Origin: Eledone cirrhosa
Lineage: Eukaryota
DNA: 64,000 nucleotides
Assembly: GCA_964016885.1 (NCBI GenBank)
Contig: OZ024740.1
Span: 407,836,001-407,900,000 of the forward strand
Reading direction: 5' to 3'
The notes beneath the pieces are model-generated. The model saw only the letters and a program-made list of their open reading frames with translations, was not told the DNA's origin and made no database searches. Below are positions 1 to 11,789 of the stretch, in pieces. Each line of letters begins with the position of its first letter. Position 1 is the stretch's first letter. A program made the position numbers and the translations under genes.

Positions 1-13
1 AAGATTTCCTTAA

Positions 14-229
14 CCATTTAGCATTTAAACCAACTATATCCAGCCAGAATTCCCTTACCTCTTTCTGTTCAAACTGACTGTAACTGGCCACTCATACTGA
101 TGTTAAGGTATTGTTCTTAAATAATATCAAAATCTCATAGATTTGATATTATGTGAGCTAATTATGTGAAGTAAAGCCTTTATTGTGAAAATACATTAGT
201 AAATATAGAGTAATGTAAATGCTAAAGGG
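14..229 (+). mobile_element. TTAA-flanked MITE (piggyBac-type non-autonomous DNA transposon), copy 1
   Basis: TTAA|CCATTTAGCATT...AATGCTAAAGGG|TTAA terminal inverted repeats; internal sequence shared with copies at 5302 and 15556. Confidence 0.8.
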
Positions 230-944
230 TTAAAAGGAACTTTTATATGCAGAAGCCTACAAGCTTCATGTTTTAGCCTAAGTCTTCTACTTGCTTCAAT
301 CATATTTAGCCATAAATAAGCTCTCTCAAATGCACCTAAATTTGATTTATCAAAAGCCTTTATGGATACAGACGACAGAGCTGATCAATAAAAAAAAATG
401 AGAAAGAAGCTAAGAAGATAATCAATAGTTATAAATGATTTGGATGTTACAAATTACAAGATTTAAAGCATGACAGCCTCTGGGCAGTGTAACCCTCCAT
501 CCCCTCAACTGCTCTAGACAACCAAAGTCTATCAGGATAAGATCACTTGATAGCTAAGTACTTCACTCACCACCATCAGCACAGAGATGAATACCTGCAG
601 GTATGAGCCTCATGAGCTGGAATGGCTCTTCCAGTGCGTCTCCCTCACCATCCTCTGGGGAAATGCCTTCTCTATTCTGTCTGCCGGGACTGCAGGGCAG
701 AGAGTGCGTGGACCCCCCCATTTGCTCATAATAGTGAGAGATGGAGAGAGCAGGAGAGATGGAGGCAGTGACAGTGGGAGTTTGGTTCCTTTATTTGGTG
801 TATATGTTTCGTGGTCACAGACTCAGACTGAGGCACAGTATGTAAACATTACATGGAGAAGTTGAACAAAATGTACATTTTGTTCTACTATTGTGTATGT
901 TGCCATAGACTAACAATCTAGTAGACCCCTCCCCTTTACCTACA

Positions 945-1122
945 TAATTGTTTCTACTTTTTGGCACAAGGCCAGCAATTACCCAGTACATTACTGGTAC
1001 TTTATTTTATTGACCCCGTTAGGATGAAAGGCAAAGTTAACCTCGGCGGGATTTGAACTCAGAATGACAAGAGCCATAACTCTAAGCTGCAAAGCATAGC
1101 ATCCGACCCTCTACCGATACTG
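945..1122 (-). mobile_element. tRNA-derived SINE family S1 (Meta-domain-like)
   Basis: Reverse complement has B-box GAGTTCAAATCC, central GCCTTTCATCCT...GGGTCAATAAAATAAAGTACCAG and tail GTGCCAAAAAGTAGAAACAATT; about 19 copies in window. Confidence 0.85.
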
Positions 1123-1789
1123 ATAGTAACAACTTTTACATCCAGCCCACTGCAACTACCCTTTTTGGTAACTAAACACTGCTACCATTGCTGTCTAGTA
1201 GGTTGAGCACCCTGAACAAATGCAACAGCATACAGGAAGGGCTCTGCTCTAATCATACGGGAGGTATGTGAACCCCACAAACTGCAGAAAAACCACCCTA
1301 GAAGAATATTAATGACTTTTTCTATAGTCAATTATAGAAATGAAAATAGGGATAAAACTGTTTAATTTCCAATGCTGAATTCTAAAAAAAAAAATACTCA
1401 TGCTAATTAATATCTAATTAAAATTTAAGATCAACAAGATTCTACTGAAATAAAGGAAATTAATAAAAAAAATTTTTAATGTATCATTTAACTATTGAAT
1501 ATTTAGATATTACATAAATATTTTCAAAAATCCATTGAAAATATTTAAATAAATTTCAAAGATTATTTTCATTTACAAGGATTTGGTGTTTATGAAAGCA
1601 TATTTCTTTGTTGGCTTAATCTTGATTAAACGGACACATGGTATTTGATATAAAGTGTAACCAACTATAAAATGAAATGCTCTATGAAAATGGGAGTAAA
1701 ATAAAAATTAATCTTTCCCCATCTAGTATAGAAAATATATAACAGCTAAATTTATAATCATTATTAGCAATTATTAAATTGACTTAAGA

Positions 1790-2500
1790 TTCTTCAAGAG
1801 TATGGGGTTGATGGACAGCTTGTTGTCTTGATGTCTCTATATGAATGCCCTCATATTTGTGTTTGGATAAATGATCCTAAATCAAAACCATTCAATGTAG
1901 GAATCAGACTGTCAAGGATATGTACTGTCACCTCTCCTGTTCATAATCTTCATGAACAGGTTTGACATGCACAGCCAGGTTGGAAGTGGTGTCATGATTG
2001 GTAGATATAGGATCAGTTGACTAGAATTTGCAGATATCATCGTGTTCTCTGACATGTACTGGATAGATTTGATGTCAAGTGGTGCATAGCTGGAATGAAA
2101 ATCACTGATTCAAAAACTGAAACACTTGTCCTCTCAAGTTTTCAGTAATCAGAAGGGAAGTAGGTGTAAAAGCCAAATTCGCTATCTTCAATTCTGTATT
2201 GATGCCAACCCTTAACTTGGGTAATGGCCGAAAGAATACGATCGTGAATTGGGTTTCTCTGAAAGGTCTTTGGGGTAACGTTACTTGATAAAGTGTGTAG
2301 CTTAGAGATCAGAGAGTCACTTCAGATAGAGCTGCAACTTCTCCAAATTGAGAGATCACAGTTTTAATATTGTGAGCAGGTGGTTAGAATGTCTCAGGAA
2401 TGAATTGTGGGACAGATTTTATGGGCAAAATTAACTGGCAGGAGACCCAGGGGTAGACTGAGCAAGAGGGTTGGATAACATCCATGAGCTCAGATCATGG
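1790..2500 (+). pseudogene. Degraded RTE-clade LINE reverse transcriptase fragment
   Basis: Frameshifted remnants of QG.VLSPLLFIIFM and LEFAD motifs; homologous to minus-strand fragment at 38105-38790. Confidence 0.65.
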
Positions 2501-2653
2501 CCTTCCCGAAAATTAATAACAAAATTACAATTTGATTTTTAACATAGCAGATTAAATGTAAATCACTCAGTATACAAATGAGGCTAATCAGCCAATATAT
2601 ACTTGAGAAAATACTAAATATTTCAACAGTTCAATCATGTAGCAGAGCGGTAT

Positions 2654-2696
2654 ACAGTCCTGATGAAGGGAAATGACCCAGAAAAATGTTGGCTGT
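2654..2696 (+). ncRNA. Degenerate minimal type I hammerhead ribozyme motif in a Penelope-like unit
   Basis: ACAGTC-CTGATGA-aGGG aaatga CCCa-GAAA-aatGTT-GGCTGT; ACAGTC/GGCTGT forms a 6-bp stem I; upstream 2561-2597 is homologous to the reverse complement of 6604-6641. Confidence 0.5.
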
Positions 2697-2807
2697 TCCT
2701 TGATGCTACTGTCGAACAAATGGATGACGATAGTCAACAAAAACAAAACATAGTATAGAGAAGCCATTTGCTTGCAAATGAATTGATTATTATTATTATT
2801 ATTATAT

Positions 2808-4592
2808 CTTTGGTGAGAGTGAACGGTCACCTTTCGGAACTGTTCAACATCATGCGCTCAGTCCACCAAGGATGTCCCCTCTCGTCCCTCTTGTACGTAT
2901 TGACTCTCGAGCCATTACTGCACAAACTGGAGACGTTGAGGGGGGTCCCGCGCGAACTAGGATGCGGAAGATCCATGTCAGCATATGCGGACGATGTCAC
3001 CGTAGTGGTGTCGAACGCCAAACACATCGAGGCGATCGGCACTACACTAAGAGAATACGAAGCGGTGACAGGAGCAATGATCAACCAGGAAAAGTTGGTG
3101 GGCCTGCAGCTCGGCACCTGGAGAGGCAGGTCCATGCCGTCCAAGGGCGGCGTCGGGCGCTGGACGGACGGACGAGTTAAATTGTTAGGCATCTGGTTCG
3201 GTCCGGACCTCCAGACGGACAAAGACTGGGACGAGGTGACGAGCAGGATGGCTTCTCTCACCCAGAAATGGGCGGAGAGGAAGCTATCCCTGAGAGGTCG
3301 AGCGGAGGTGGCTAACGCGTACATCGCGTCCATCATCTGCTACCGCCTGACCGTCGTACCTTGTCCTAAGCCTCGCCTGACTGCACTGGAGCGTTTGCTC
3401 TTTCGTTTTTTGTAGAAGGGACGTGCTCTGATGGTCAGGCGGTCCATCTGCTGTCAACACCCGCTACGTGGAGGGCTGGGCATGCCGTAGCTAATGATGT
3501 GCAGACACGCGCTCAGGCTACGACATCTCCACCTCTTCCTCGACGGTGATCAGGTGTGGTCGCCGTTTGCTAGATGCGTCTTTCCCCAGCTCATCTCCTT
3601 GATGGAGCTGCAGTCCTGGGTCAAGCGAAGACCGAGAGAGAGCGCTTGGAGACTGGAATGTCTTCAGGCACTCACAGCCCTCGGCCAATCGGGCAATGTG
3701 ATCGGTGGAAACTCCACCTTGGCTTTCTATAGAGGATTAGTGGAGGGGAAGAGCGACGACGTACTTGGGGAAACTCTAGGCGTTGACGAAAATCAACTAG
3801 CCAATCTCTTTGGAAGAACTTTCGGGCCGGGGCCTATGGACAACTTCCAGAAATCCCTGGCCTGGCAGTGCTACCGAGGAGCTTTGCCAGTTTGGGATAA
3901 ACTCTACAGGCATGGAGGTGCCGTCAGCCGGGCATGTCCAAGATGCGCTCAGGGCGACGAAACCGTCCTGCATACACTCGTCCAGTGTCCGAGCATTGCT
4001 GACTTGTGGGTTTATGTCGAACACCTGCTGTCACGTGTAGGACGGATCCAGCTATCAGCTGAGTCCATCGTGAGGATTACCCCGCCCTCTTCCTTTAGCC
4101 GGGAAGGGCAGGCAGTTTTTATCTGTCTGGTGGCCATGGCGAAAGAGATAGTATGGTGGACACGTCTGAAAGGGTTGAAGACGAGCACTTACCTCTTCGG
4201 TGATGTCCTGATTAACTTTTTCCAATTTCATTTGAAAAGGAAAATCAGGGTAGAGAGGGAGGTACTCTCTTCCCAACTTTTTGTTGAAAGATGGGTGAGA
4301 GAGGCAAGAATGGCCCGAGTGAGTGGACCTACTCTGAGTATGTGTCTGTAAATTGAAGGTGGAAAACTGGGAGAGGACAATTTCTCTGGTGGTCAGGGTC
4401 ACCGTGGCTTTTTTTAATGGGCTTTCTCCACGATGGCCCTCGGAAGTCTCCCCCCTATTGGGGAATTTTTTTCATTGTTTCTATTATTACATCCTGTTTT
4501 TTTTGTTTTTTACACGCAGAAATGCCCATTTGTACCGTCCTATACTGTCCTTAATGTCTACTTTGTGTAAATCCTTGTGGTTAATAAAGAAA
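2808..4592 (+). mobile_element. 5'-truncated L1/Tx1-clade non-LTR retrotransposon (ORF2 RT plus C-terminal zf-RVT/CCHC, 3'UTR with AATAAA)
   Basis: QGCPLS, AYADD, LLGIWF, GGLGMP and CPRC..DETVLHTLVQCP motifs; ORFs 2768-3415 and 3494-4351 are in the same frame separated by two TAG stops; GC-rich island; AATAAA near 4583. Confidence 0.92.
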
Positions 4593-4636
4593 GCATTATT
4601 AAGGGCAGTTATTATTATTATTATTATTATTATTAA

Positions 4637-4830
4637 GGGCAGTGGATTGGCAGTATTGGTAGAGAGTCGGATGCCATGCTTTCCAGCATAGTTACGTCCC
4701 TTTACAGACTGAGTTCAAATCCTGCTGAGGCTAACTTTGCCTTTCATCCTTACAGGGTTGATAAAATAAAGTACCAGTAATGTACTGGTAACTGCTGGTC
4801 TTGTGCCAAAAGTAGAAAATTATTATTATC
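4637..4830 (+). mobile_element. SINE family S1, full length
   Basis: A-box TGGCAGTATTGG, B-box GAGTTCAAATCC, central domain, (ATT)n tail. Confidence 0.88.
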
Positions 4831-5301
4831 ATTATTATTTGATATAACCCATATTTACATTTATGTAATCTGCTATGTTAGAGGGAAAAATTAAATTCTA
4901 ATAATGTTTATATACGTTTCAATATACACCTCTATTATGTTTTCTAGAATGAAAATAATAGATTTTATTGACAGGATGTTGTCCTGTATATATTAGAGAT
5001 ATTTATATGACAACAACCTGTTAATATTTTCACTTTAAAAAACACATGCATATACAGACACATATTAGTTGACTTTGAGCTGGTAGAGGATGAGATTCTA
5101 TAGTTATGCACTGTATCCTTAAAAAAGTTTTTATTATAGGTAATAATGTTAAAACTAACTCCAATCTCAATTATTTTTTTAATCAACACTCTTCTAATGA
5201 GAAATCAATGTCTTCCTTCCCTTCTTAGAAATGTACTTCTATTCATAAAGCTCTGTTTTCTCCTTTAATCACTGGCCAATGCTTTGGTTCTATTTCCTTC
5301 A

Positions 5302-5522
5302 CCCTTTAGCATTTAAACCGACCATATTCAGCCAGAATTCTCTCACCTCTTTCTGTTCAAACTGGCTGTAACCAGCTGCTCATACTGATGTTAAGGTATT
5401 ATTCTCAAAATAAATAATATCAAAATTTCGTAGATTCGATATTATGTGAGTTAACTATGTGATATAAAGCCTTTTCTGCGAAAATACAATAGTAAATATA
5501 GAGTAATGTGAATGCTAAAGGG
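5302..5522 (+). mobile_element. TTAA-type MITE, copy 2
   Basis: CCCTTTAGCATT...AATGCTAAAGGG|TTAA; highly similar to 14-229. Confidence 0.8.
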
Positions 5523-5699
5523 TTAAAACAGTATAAATAATTATATACACTTAGATTATTTTGATGAGGAATTACTTACAGAATGTATGTAGTTACACAC
5601 TAGATGTAGAGAACACATCAAAAATTATATAAAATAGATGAAAAATTATTCAGAAAATAAAATTATGGTAAACTTGAAATCTTGAAGAAATATAAACAA

Positions 5700-5990
5700 T
5701 CAGTTATGTCATTGGAATATGTATGCAATGAGTGGCTATGAGATATGTAAAGAATGTTTCATATTTAGTCACATATATAACAAATACATTCAATAAATCC
5801 AAATCTTCCACTTTAGAAGAGAAAACTTGATTTTATTTCATCACAAATTTGAAGAAATTAGTTTCTTAGAATAAACTTTAACTAAATTCAAGACTATTTA
5901 TATCTATTTGTTTTTGAAATAGATTGTGAAGATCTGTGGTTGGCAATTTCAAATCCAGTTATATGAATAAAAAGTATTAAAAAACTAGGA
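5700..5990 (+). pseudogene. Possible highly degraded hAT transposase C-terminal dimerisation domain
   Basis: Broken remnants resembling 'TKFR..L...EDLRLAISN.P' (gaagatctgtggttggcaatttcaaatcca); many indels. Confidence 0.25.
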
Positions 5991-6289
5991 TTTTGTTTTG
6001 TGTTAAGTCACGTATATAGGAACTGTCACGTTTATGTTGTCATAAATCAGAAAAAAAGATGTTCCTTATAAAGAAAATTTGTGTTTATAAAGGAAGTTCG
6101 TGTTAATTTGTTTTATTTAATCTTTCACTATAATTGTATTTTGTCATTTTCTAAGTAGGTGTTGCTTTCTCAAGACTAAATATTTTTACCCTACCGAGAA
6201 CAGAGGTAATCGGATGAAATAATTTCAATACATTCTTAATCAAATAAGTAAAATAGTATACTTCTCTATCTGGCATCATTCAGTTTATG

Positions 6290-6470
6290 ATATACACACA
6301 GAGAGACATGCATACAGATGCATGGACCACACACACACACACATATATATACACACACACACATATGTATATATATACATACACACACACATATATATAT
6401 ATATATATAATATATATATGTATTTATATAATATATATAATATATATATATCATCATCATCATCATCACC
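6290..6470. repeat. Compound (CA)n/(TA)n/(CAT)n microsatellite
   Basis: Directly visible; explains spurious HTHTYIY ORFs. Confidence 0.95.
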
Positions 6471-6496
6471 ATTTTATGTCCGTTCTTCCACGCTAG

Positions 6497-7062
6497 CAAA
6501 GGAATGCTGTACTAGCTTCAAGCTTGTTAGCTATCATCAGCACCGTATATTTTCCTGCCAGATGATTGAACGTCTGAAAGTATATACTTTCCTTATGCAT
6601 ATTAACGGCTGAGCAGCCTAATTTGCATATCGAGTGAGTTAATCGGCCGGGGTACCGAAAATGATAAACAGAAAAAAATGAAACAAAATTTCATTTCTCA
6701 CTCTTAGTATGGCTGTTACTTAAATAATCATCTGGCAGGAAGGTATACGTTGCTGACGATAGCTAATAAGCTTGAAACCAGTACAGCGTTCCTTTGTCAG
6801 GGTTGAACAAATGAGCAACAATGGTTGCTAGACACTGTACGGCTTAATTCGGGATGTTTGTTTACAAACACACCGAGCATTATAATAAATGTTCGGTGAA
6901 TCCATACGTACATATATATATATGTGTGCATGTATGTATATATATATATACATACTACTGTACGTCTGTATACATATATGTATGTACGTGTACATACTTA
7001 TATTTAAGTAACAGCCGTACTAAGAGTGAGAAATGAAATTTCGTTTCATTTTTTCCGTTTAT
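6497..7062. mobile_element. Penelope-like pseudo-LTR remnant with two interleaved inverted repeats
   Basis: 6497-6567 is inverted copy of 6726-6796; 6665-6726 is inverted copy of 7001-7062; carries hammerhead motif. Confidence 0.6.
6747..6789 (+). ncRNA. Minimal type I hammerhead ribozyme motif
   Basis: ACGTTG-CTGACGA-tAGCT aata AGCTt-GAAAC-ca-GTA-CAGCGT: core nucleotides intact, 6-bp stem I, 4-bp stem II, GUA cleavage triplet at 6781-6783. Confidence 0.65.
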
Positions 7063-7162
7063 AATATATATACATATATATATATGTATATATAGATATA
7101 ATATATATAATCATCATCATCATCATCATCATCGTTTAACGTCCCTGTTCCACACTTGCATT

Positions 7163-7340
7163 TGGCACAAGGCCAGCAATTATTCCAGTACATTACTGGT
7201 ACTTTATTTTATCGACCTCGTAAGGATGAAAGGCAAAGTTAACCTCAGCGGGATTTGAACTCAGACCATAAAGGGGTGTAAATCTATGCATCAAAGCATG
7301 GCGTCCGACTCTCTACCAATACTACCAATCCACCGCCAAT
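7163..7340 (-). mobile_element. SINE family S1
   Basis: Same consensus as 4637-4830, reverse strand. Confidence 0.85.
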
Positions 7341-7370
7341 ACCATATTTATTATTATATCATATATATAC

Positions 7371-8605
7371 CATCATCATCATCATCATTTAATGTCCATC
7401 TTCCACGCTAGTATGGGTTAGACGAGAGTTGTCCCACTTGAGGCAAGGTTAGTCGGGTGACCGTATCTCGCTCATATAGGACTATCTGGCAGGTTTTCTA
7501 CGGCTGGATGCCCTTCCTAACACCAACCACATTTACAGTGTGGAAGTGGGAACCTTTTACCGTGTTACCTACACGGCCACATTACAGCATGGACAGTGTG
7601 TTTTTTTGTTGTGACACCTACACGATCTCGATCTCATTATCTCATTTATTTGGACTGGATGTTGTGGTACCAACTTTACAGAGAGAGGGTGGTGTTGGTG
7701 GGAGTGAGAGGATAGGGTAGGGGTAGTGGATTGATGTGTTAAGAGGTGCCTACTGACTGTAGGTTTTGCTTTGTACATAGGCAAGGCGGGTCTTCTGTAT
7801 TACTACGTAGCGCCAAAGATCTCGGTCCAGTGACATTGTCTTAGAGAGGTGCAAGTGTGTAAGGTCGGAATTTATCAGATCGTCCCAGGTTTTTCTGGGT
7901 CTACCTACTCCGTAACTACCATCAATTTTGATCACCCTGCACTTTTTTATACAGCTGTAGTCTTTCATGCGCATCACGTGGCCATACCAACGTAGTCTTC
8001 TCTCAAGTAAACAGCATCTAATCACACTTATTCCTAATTTCTCACTTAGTTCATTTATGCTTTGCCGTTCACGTATATTACTATTACACATCCAACGGAC
8101 CATGCATGCTTCATTCCTTTCCAGTCTACGCAGGTCCTCTGCATGCAATGCCCATGTCTCACTGCCATGTAGCATTGCTGTTCGTATACAAGCATCATAC
8201 AATCTGCCTTTCATTTTTAGAGAGAAACCTTTTGTGGCCAACAGCGGTATAAGCTCTCTGAACTTTTTTCCATCCCGTTCTGACTCTGGCTACTGTACCC
8301 ACCACTGCTGATTTCATCACCCAGGTAACGGAAAGTGTCCACTATTTCTATAGAACCATCTGAGCAATAGAAGGAGCTAGTATCCTGTGGACACTTGCTA
8401 CTTATTGCACCTGAGCATCGGCCACATATAAAGTCTACGTTCTCAGATAGTTTACCTGTGATCCCACTACATCTTTTATGTACCCATACTTCGCATTTGG
8501 GACATAAAATGGAATTTCTGCCTACTCCTTTCCTACACACTGAGCATGGCCATTTTCCTGAGGGCACTTGTGCCCTATTTTCCTTTCTACAAACTATTGT
8601 TCTAC
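7371..8605 (-). mobile_element. 5'-truncated RTE LINE subfamily B (PHD finger plus ORF C-terminus, 3'UTR, (GAT)n tail)
   Basis: ORFs 8217-8621 (WPCSVC..C.KC..WVHKRC..CGRC) and 7750-8241 (AMLHGSETW, RRLRWYGHVMRM, GRPRKTW) joined by a frameshift/deletion. Confidence 0.92.
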
Positions 8606-8825
8606 AGGCAAGTTCAGCCACCCCTACCTCCCAACAAATGTCATAATAGACTTATTTGTGTTTACAACAAATTTTAACCAATCCTCTTGACAACTACAAT
8701 CTTCCCATATAAGGAAGTACCCCCTTGACAAGTTTGGCTATTTATTCACCAGGCTAAAAATTCTAATTTAGTCCAGAAATAGCCGTCGAAACGGTTTGAG
8801 CTCTGCCGTCGGGGTCATACTTTTT

Positions 8826-9138
8826 CCTATATATACATATATATATATATATACACACACATACATATACACACACATATACACACATACACACACACAC
8901 GTAAATATATATACACTTACATACACACACACATATATATACACTTACATACACACACACAAATATATATATACACGTACACACACACACACACACATAT
9001 ATAAATATATATACTCACACACACATATATAAATATATATATATATATATACACTTACACACACATATACACACACACGCACATACACACACATAAATAT
9101 ATATACACTTACACACACATGCACATACATACATACGC
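8826..9138. repeat. (TA)n/(CA)n microsatellite block
   Basis: Directly visible. Confidence 0.95.
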
Positions 9139-9154
9139 TAGTAACCACTAGTTA

Positions 9155-9228
9155 AATAATTGTTTCTACTTTTGGCACAAGACCAGCAATTACCCAGTAC
9201 ATTACTGGTACTTTATTTTATCGACCCT
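9155..9228 (-). mobile_element. SINE S1, 3' fragment
   Basis: Tail and part of central domain only. Confidence 0.75.
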
Positions 9229-9523
9229 TTAAATAATGTGTGTGTGCATGCATGAGTGTGTGTGTATGTATGTTAAATATAACATTCAAATTACCCAAGA
9301 ATATCAAGTTTTGACACTCTAAGAAAAAAACATGTTTTCGTGGAAAAATTGAATTACATGTTTGAAAAAGAATTTTCCTAATAAATAAATATTTTATCAC
9401 GAAATATTTAGCTTAGATTTTTTATCGGATATACTAGAGAATTAATCCACTAAGTTGTTGGCAAATTTGTTGAATGAAAATCGTGGTAATTCTGCACGTA
9501 TTTATTTTAAACATTGTTTACAG

Positions 9524-9872
9524 AAGACCTGACTTCCCACAGGTACAAGCTGAAGCTGAAGCATATAGACGATATGCCCCCCATCCCCTCCCACTGCAAG
9601 GTGGTCGTGGAGGTGCCACAGCAAAAAAGCACCCAGCCCACACTGTAAAGTGGATGTGTAGGTGCCACGGAAAAAGCTCCCAGCACTCACTGTAAATGAG
9701 GTTGGTGTTAGGAAGGGCATCCAGCTGTAGAAATCAAGCCAGAATCAGTTCCCGTATGAGCAAGACAAGGTCAGCCGACTGGACACTTCCCACAACAGGA
9801 CAACCCGTCTAACCCATGCTAGCATGGAAGACCGGACGTAAAACGGTGATGATCATGATGATGATGATGATG
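9524..9872 (+). mobile_element. RTE subfamily A 3'UTR fragment
   Basis: Matches 17460-17783; GGTTGGTGTTAGGAAGGGCATCCAGCTGTAGAAA motif and (GAT)n tail. Confidence 0.88.
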
Positions 9873-10253
9873 TTTGTAATATTTGTTACAGCGATAATAG
9901 GATTATTTTTACTTCTGAGACTTTTACTTGCATTTCAATAACCTATTAGAAAAGTAAATAATACACAAACTCACACACATGCACACACATACGCATACAC
10001 ACACATACAACCTCTTTAGGATAAGTAATATTGTTTTTTTCTTAATTCCAGAAACTGCAGTTAGGAGATAAGATATGAGTGAAACTCTCTTATATATTAA
10101 CTAGTCTAGCTTGTGTTCTCCAAATGGAGAGTTTGGCATAAGTTTGGCATAAGTTAAACTATGTTTAAATGCTTCTTTGATTTGATATTTTTAGCTATAT
10201 TTTTTATATATATGTCTCTCTCTTTGTATCTAAATGTGTGTGTATGTGTGTGT

Positions 10254-10440
10254 GAAGGTGCATGGCTTTTGTGGTTAGGATATTCAGCTAATGGTCATAA
10301 GTTTGATTCTCTGCAGTACATTGTGTCCTTGAGCAAGCCACATTATTTCCCCATTGCTTCAATCCACTTAACTGGCAAAAGTGAGTTGTACCTGTATATC
10401 AAAGGTGTGGCCTTGTTACATTCTGTATTACACTGTGGGT
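10254..10440 (+). mobile_element. tRNA-derived CORE-type SINE family S2, diverged
   Basis: TGGCTTTTGTGG A-box-like head; TGTGTCCTTGAGCAAG CORE-like segment. Confidence 0.65.
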
Positions 10441-11324
10441 GTATATTTTGTAAATCTGAGGAGAAGCAATAGGTGATATATGTGATATCCTTTCAAAGGT
10501 GTTTGAGGTAGGGTTCAATTGAATTTACTATGCCTCCTTCCCAAGATTAAACTAATCAATACTACTACTATGTGTATGTGGGTTTGTATATACATATATG
10601 TACATGAAAGTGTGACTGTTTATAGCCCTCAAGACACCAGTTTTAGTGGACCTATGAATTTTGCTCTTTCCCTTCCAGTATATCTCTCTCTTCTAATAAT
10701 GGCTGGAAATGACTTTTCTTTATAAATTTATTTAAGAAAATTAGATTTTTTGGTTTTCTGGTTTACAGTCCAAGAAATACACTGGTGGTTATTTGAGGCA
10801 AACATTTTGTGTTTAAGAGTACATTTATGCAGTACAATTGATTATTTAACTATATTCAAGTAACATGCAAACAAACATACACATGTTAAATTTTGGCATT
10901 TAATAGATATTTCTCAACTGATCTTAGTAAAAAAAAAAGACATTGGATTATCCAACAATCTTATTTTAGATGAATATCAGTAATGACATGCAATAAGCTG
11001 TCACCCATGCCAGTGTGGAAAGCAGATGTAAAATGATGATGACAGTGGTGTTTAACACACAGAAGTATGACTGGAATACTACTCTACTGGTTGAGAACCC
11101 ATGCAAGCGTGGAAGATGGACGTTAAACGATGATGATGATGATGATAAATAAATAATATAGATATATTATTTATTTATCATCATCATCATCAGGTAGGGT
11201 ATAAATGTTAAAAAGTGTTTACATAAAAGCCACTTTCAATAGTAATTATCTCATACACAGTAATATCAATTAATGCCTCTTAAATAAATATAAAAATGAA
11301 ATGGAAAATATTGATATAATTATT

Positions 11325-11743
11325 CCGACCTTACCCAATTACACCTCTCAAAGGCAATGACACATGACCGTGACCTATGGCATCACACAGTAATACAGAA
11401 GACCCCCCCCCCCACGGGTACAAGCCGAAGCTGAAGCATATAGACAATATGCCCCCACACCCTCCCACTGCAAAGTGGTCGTGGAGGTGTCACGGCAAAA
11501 AAGCACCCAGCCCACACTGTAAAGTGGACGTGTAGGCGCCACAGAAAAAAATCACCCAGAACTCACTGTAAATGAGGTTGGTGTTAGGAAGGGCATCCAG
11601 CTGTAGAAATCAAGCCAGAATCAGTTCCTGTATGAGCAAGACAAGGTTAGCCGACCAGACACTGCCCACAACAGGACAACCCGTCTAACCCATGTTAGCG
11701 TGGAAGAACGGACGTAAAACGGTGATGATGATGATGATGATGA
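11325..11743 (+). mobile_element. RTE subfamily A 3' end
   Basis: Last codons (DLTQLHLSKAMT) plus 3'UTR and (GAT)n tail, matches 17382-17783. Confidence 0.9.
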
Positions 11744-11789
11744 TTCCTTTGAATAATTCAATTTAACATAGAAACAACATCCATGAAAG

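Noticed and set aside
4637-4730. tRNA genes suggested by A/B boxes
   Set aside because: All are SINE heads continuing into SINE bodies; no complete cloverleaf
6266-6612. His/Thr/Tyr/Ile- or Val/Cys-rich ORFs here and at 8763-9148, 18779-19070, 42972-43172, 44843-45349
   Set aside because: Translations of (CA)n/(TA)n/(CAT)n microsatellites
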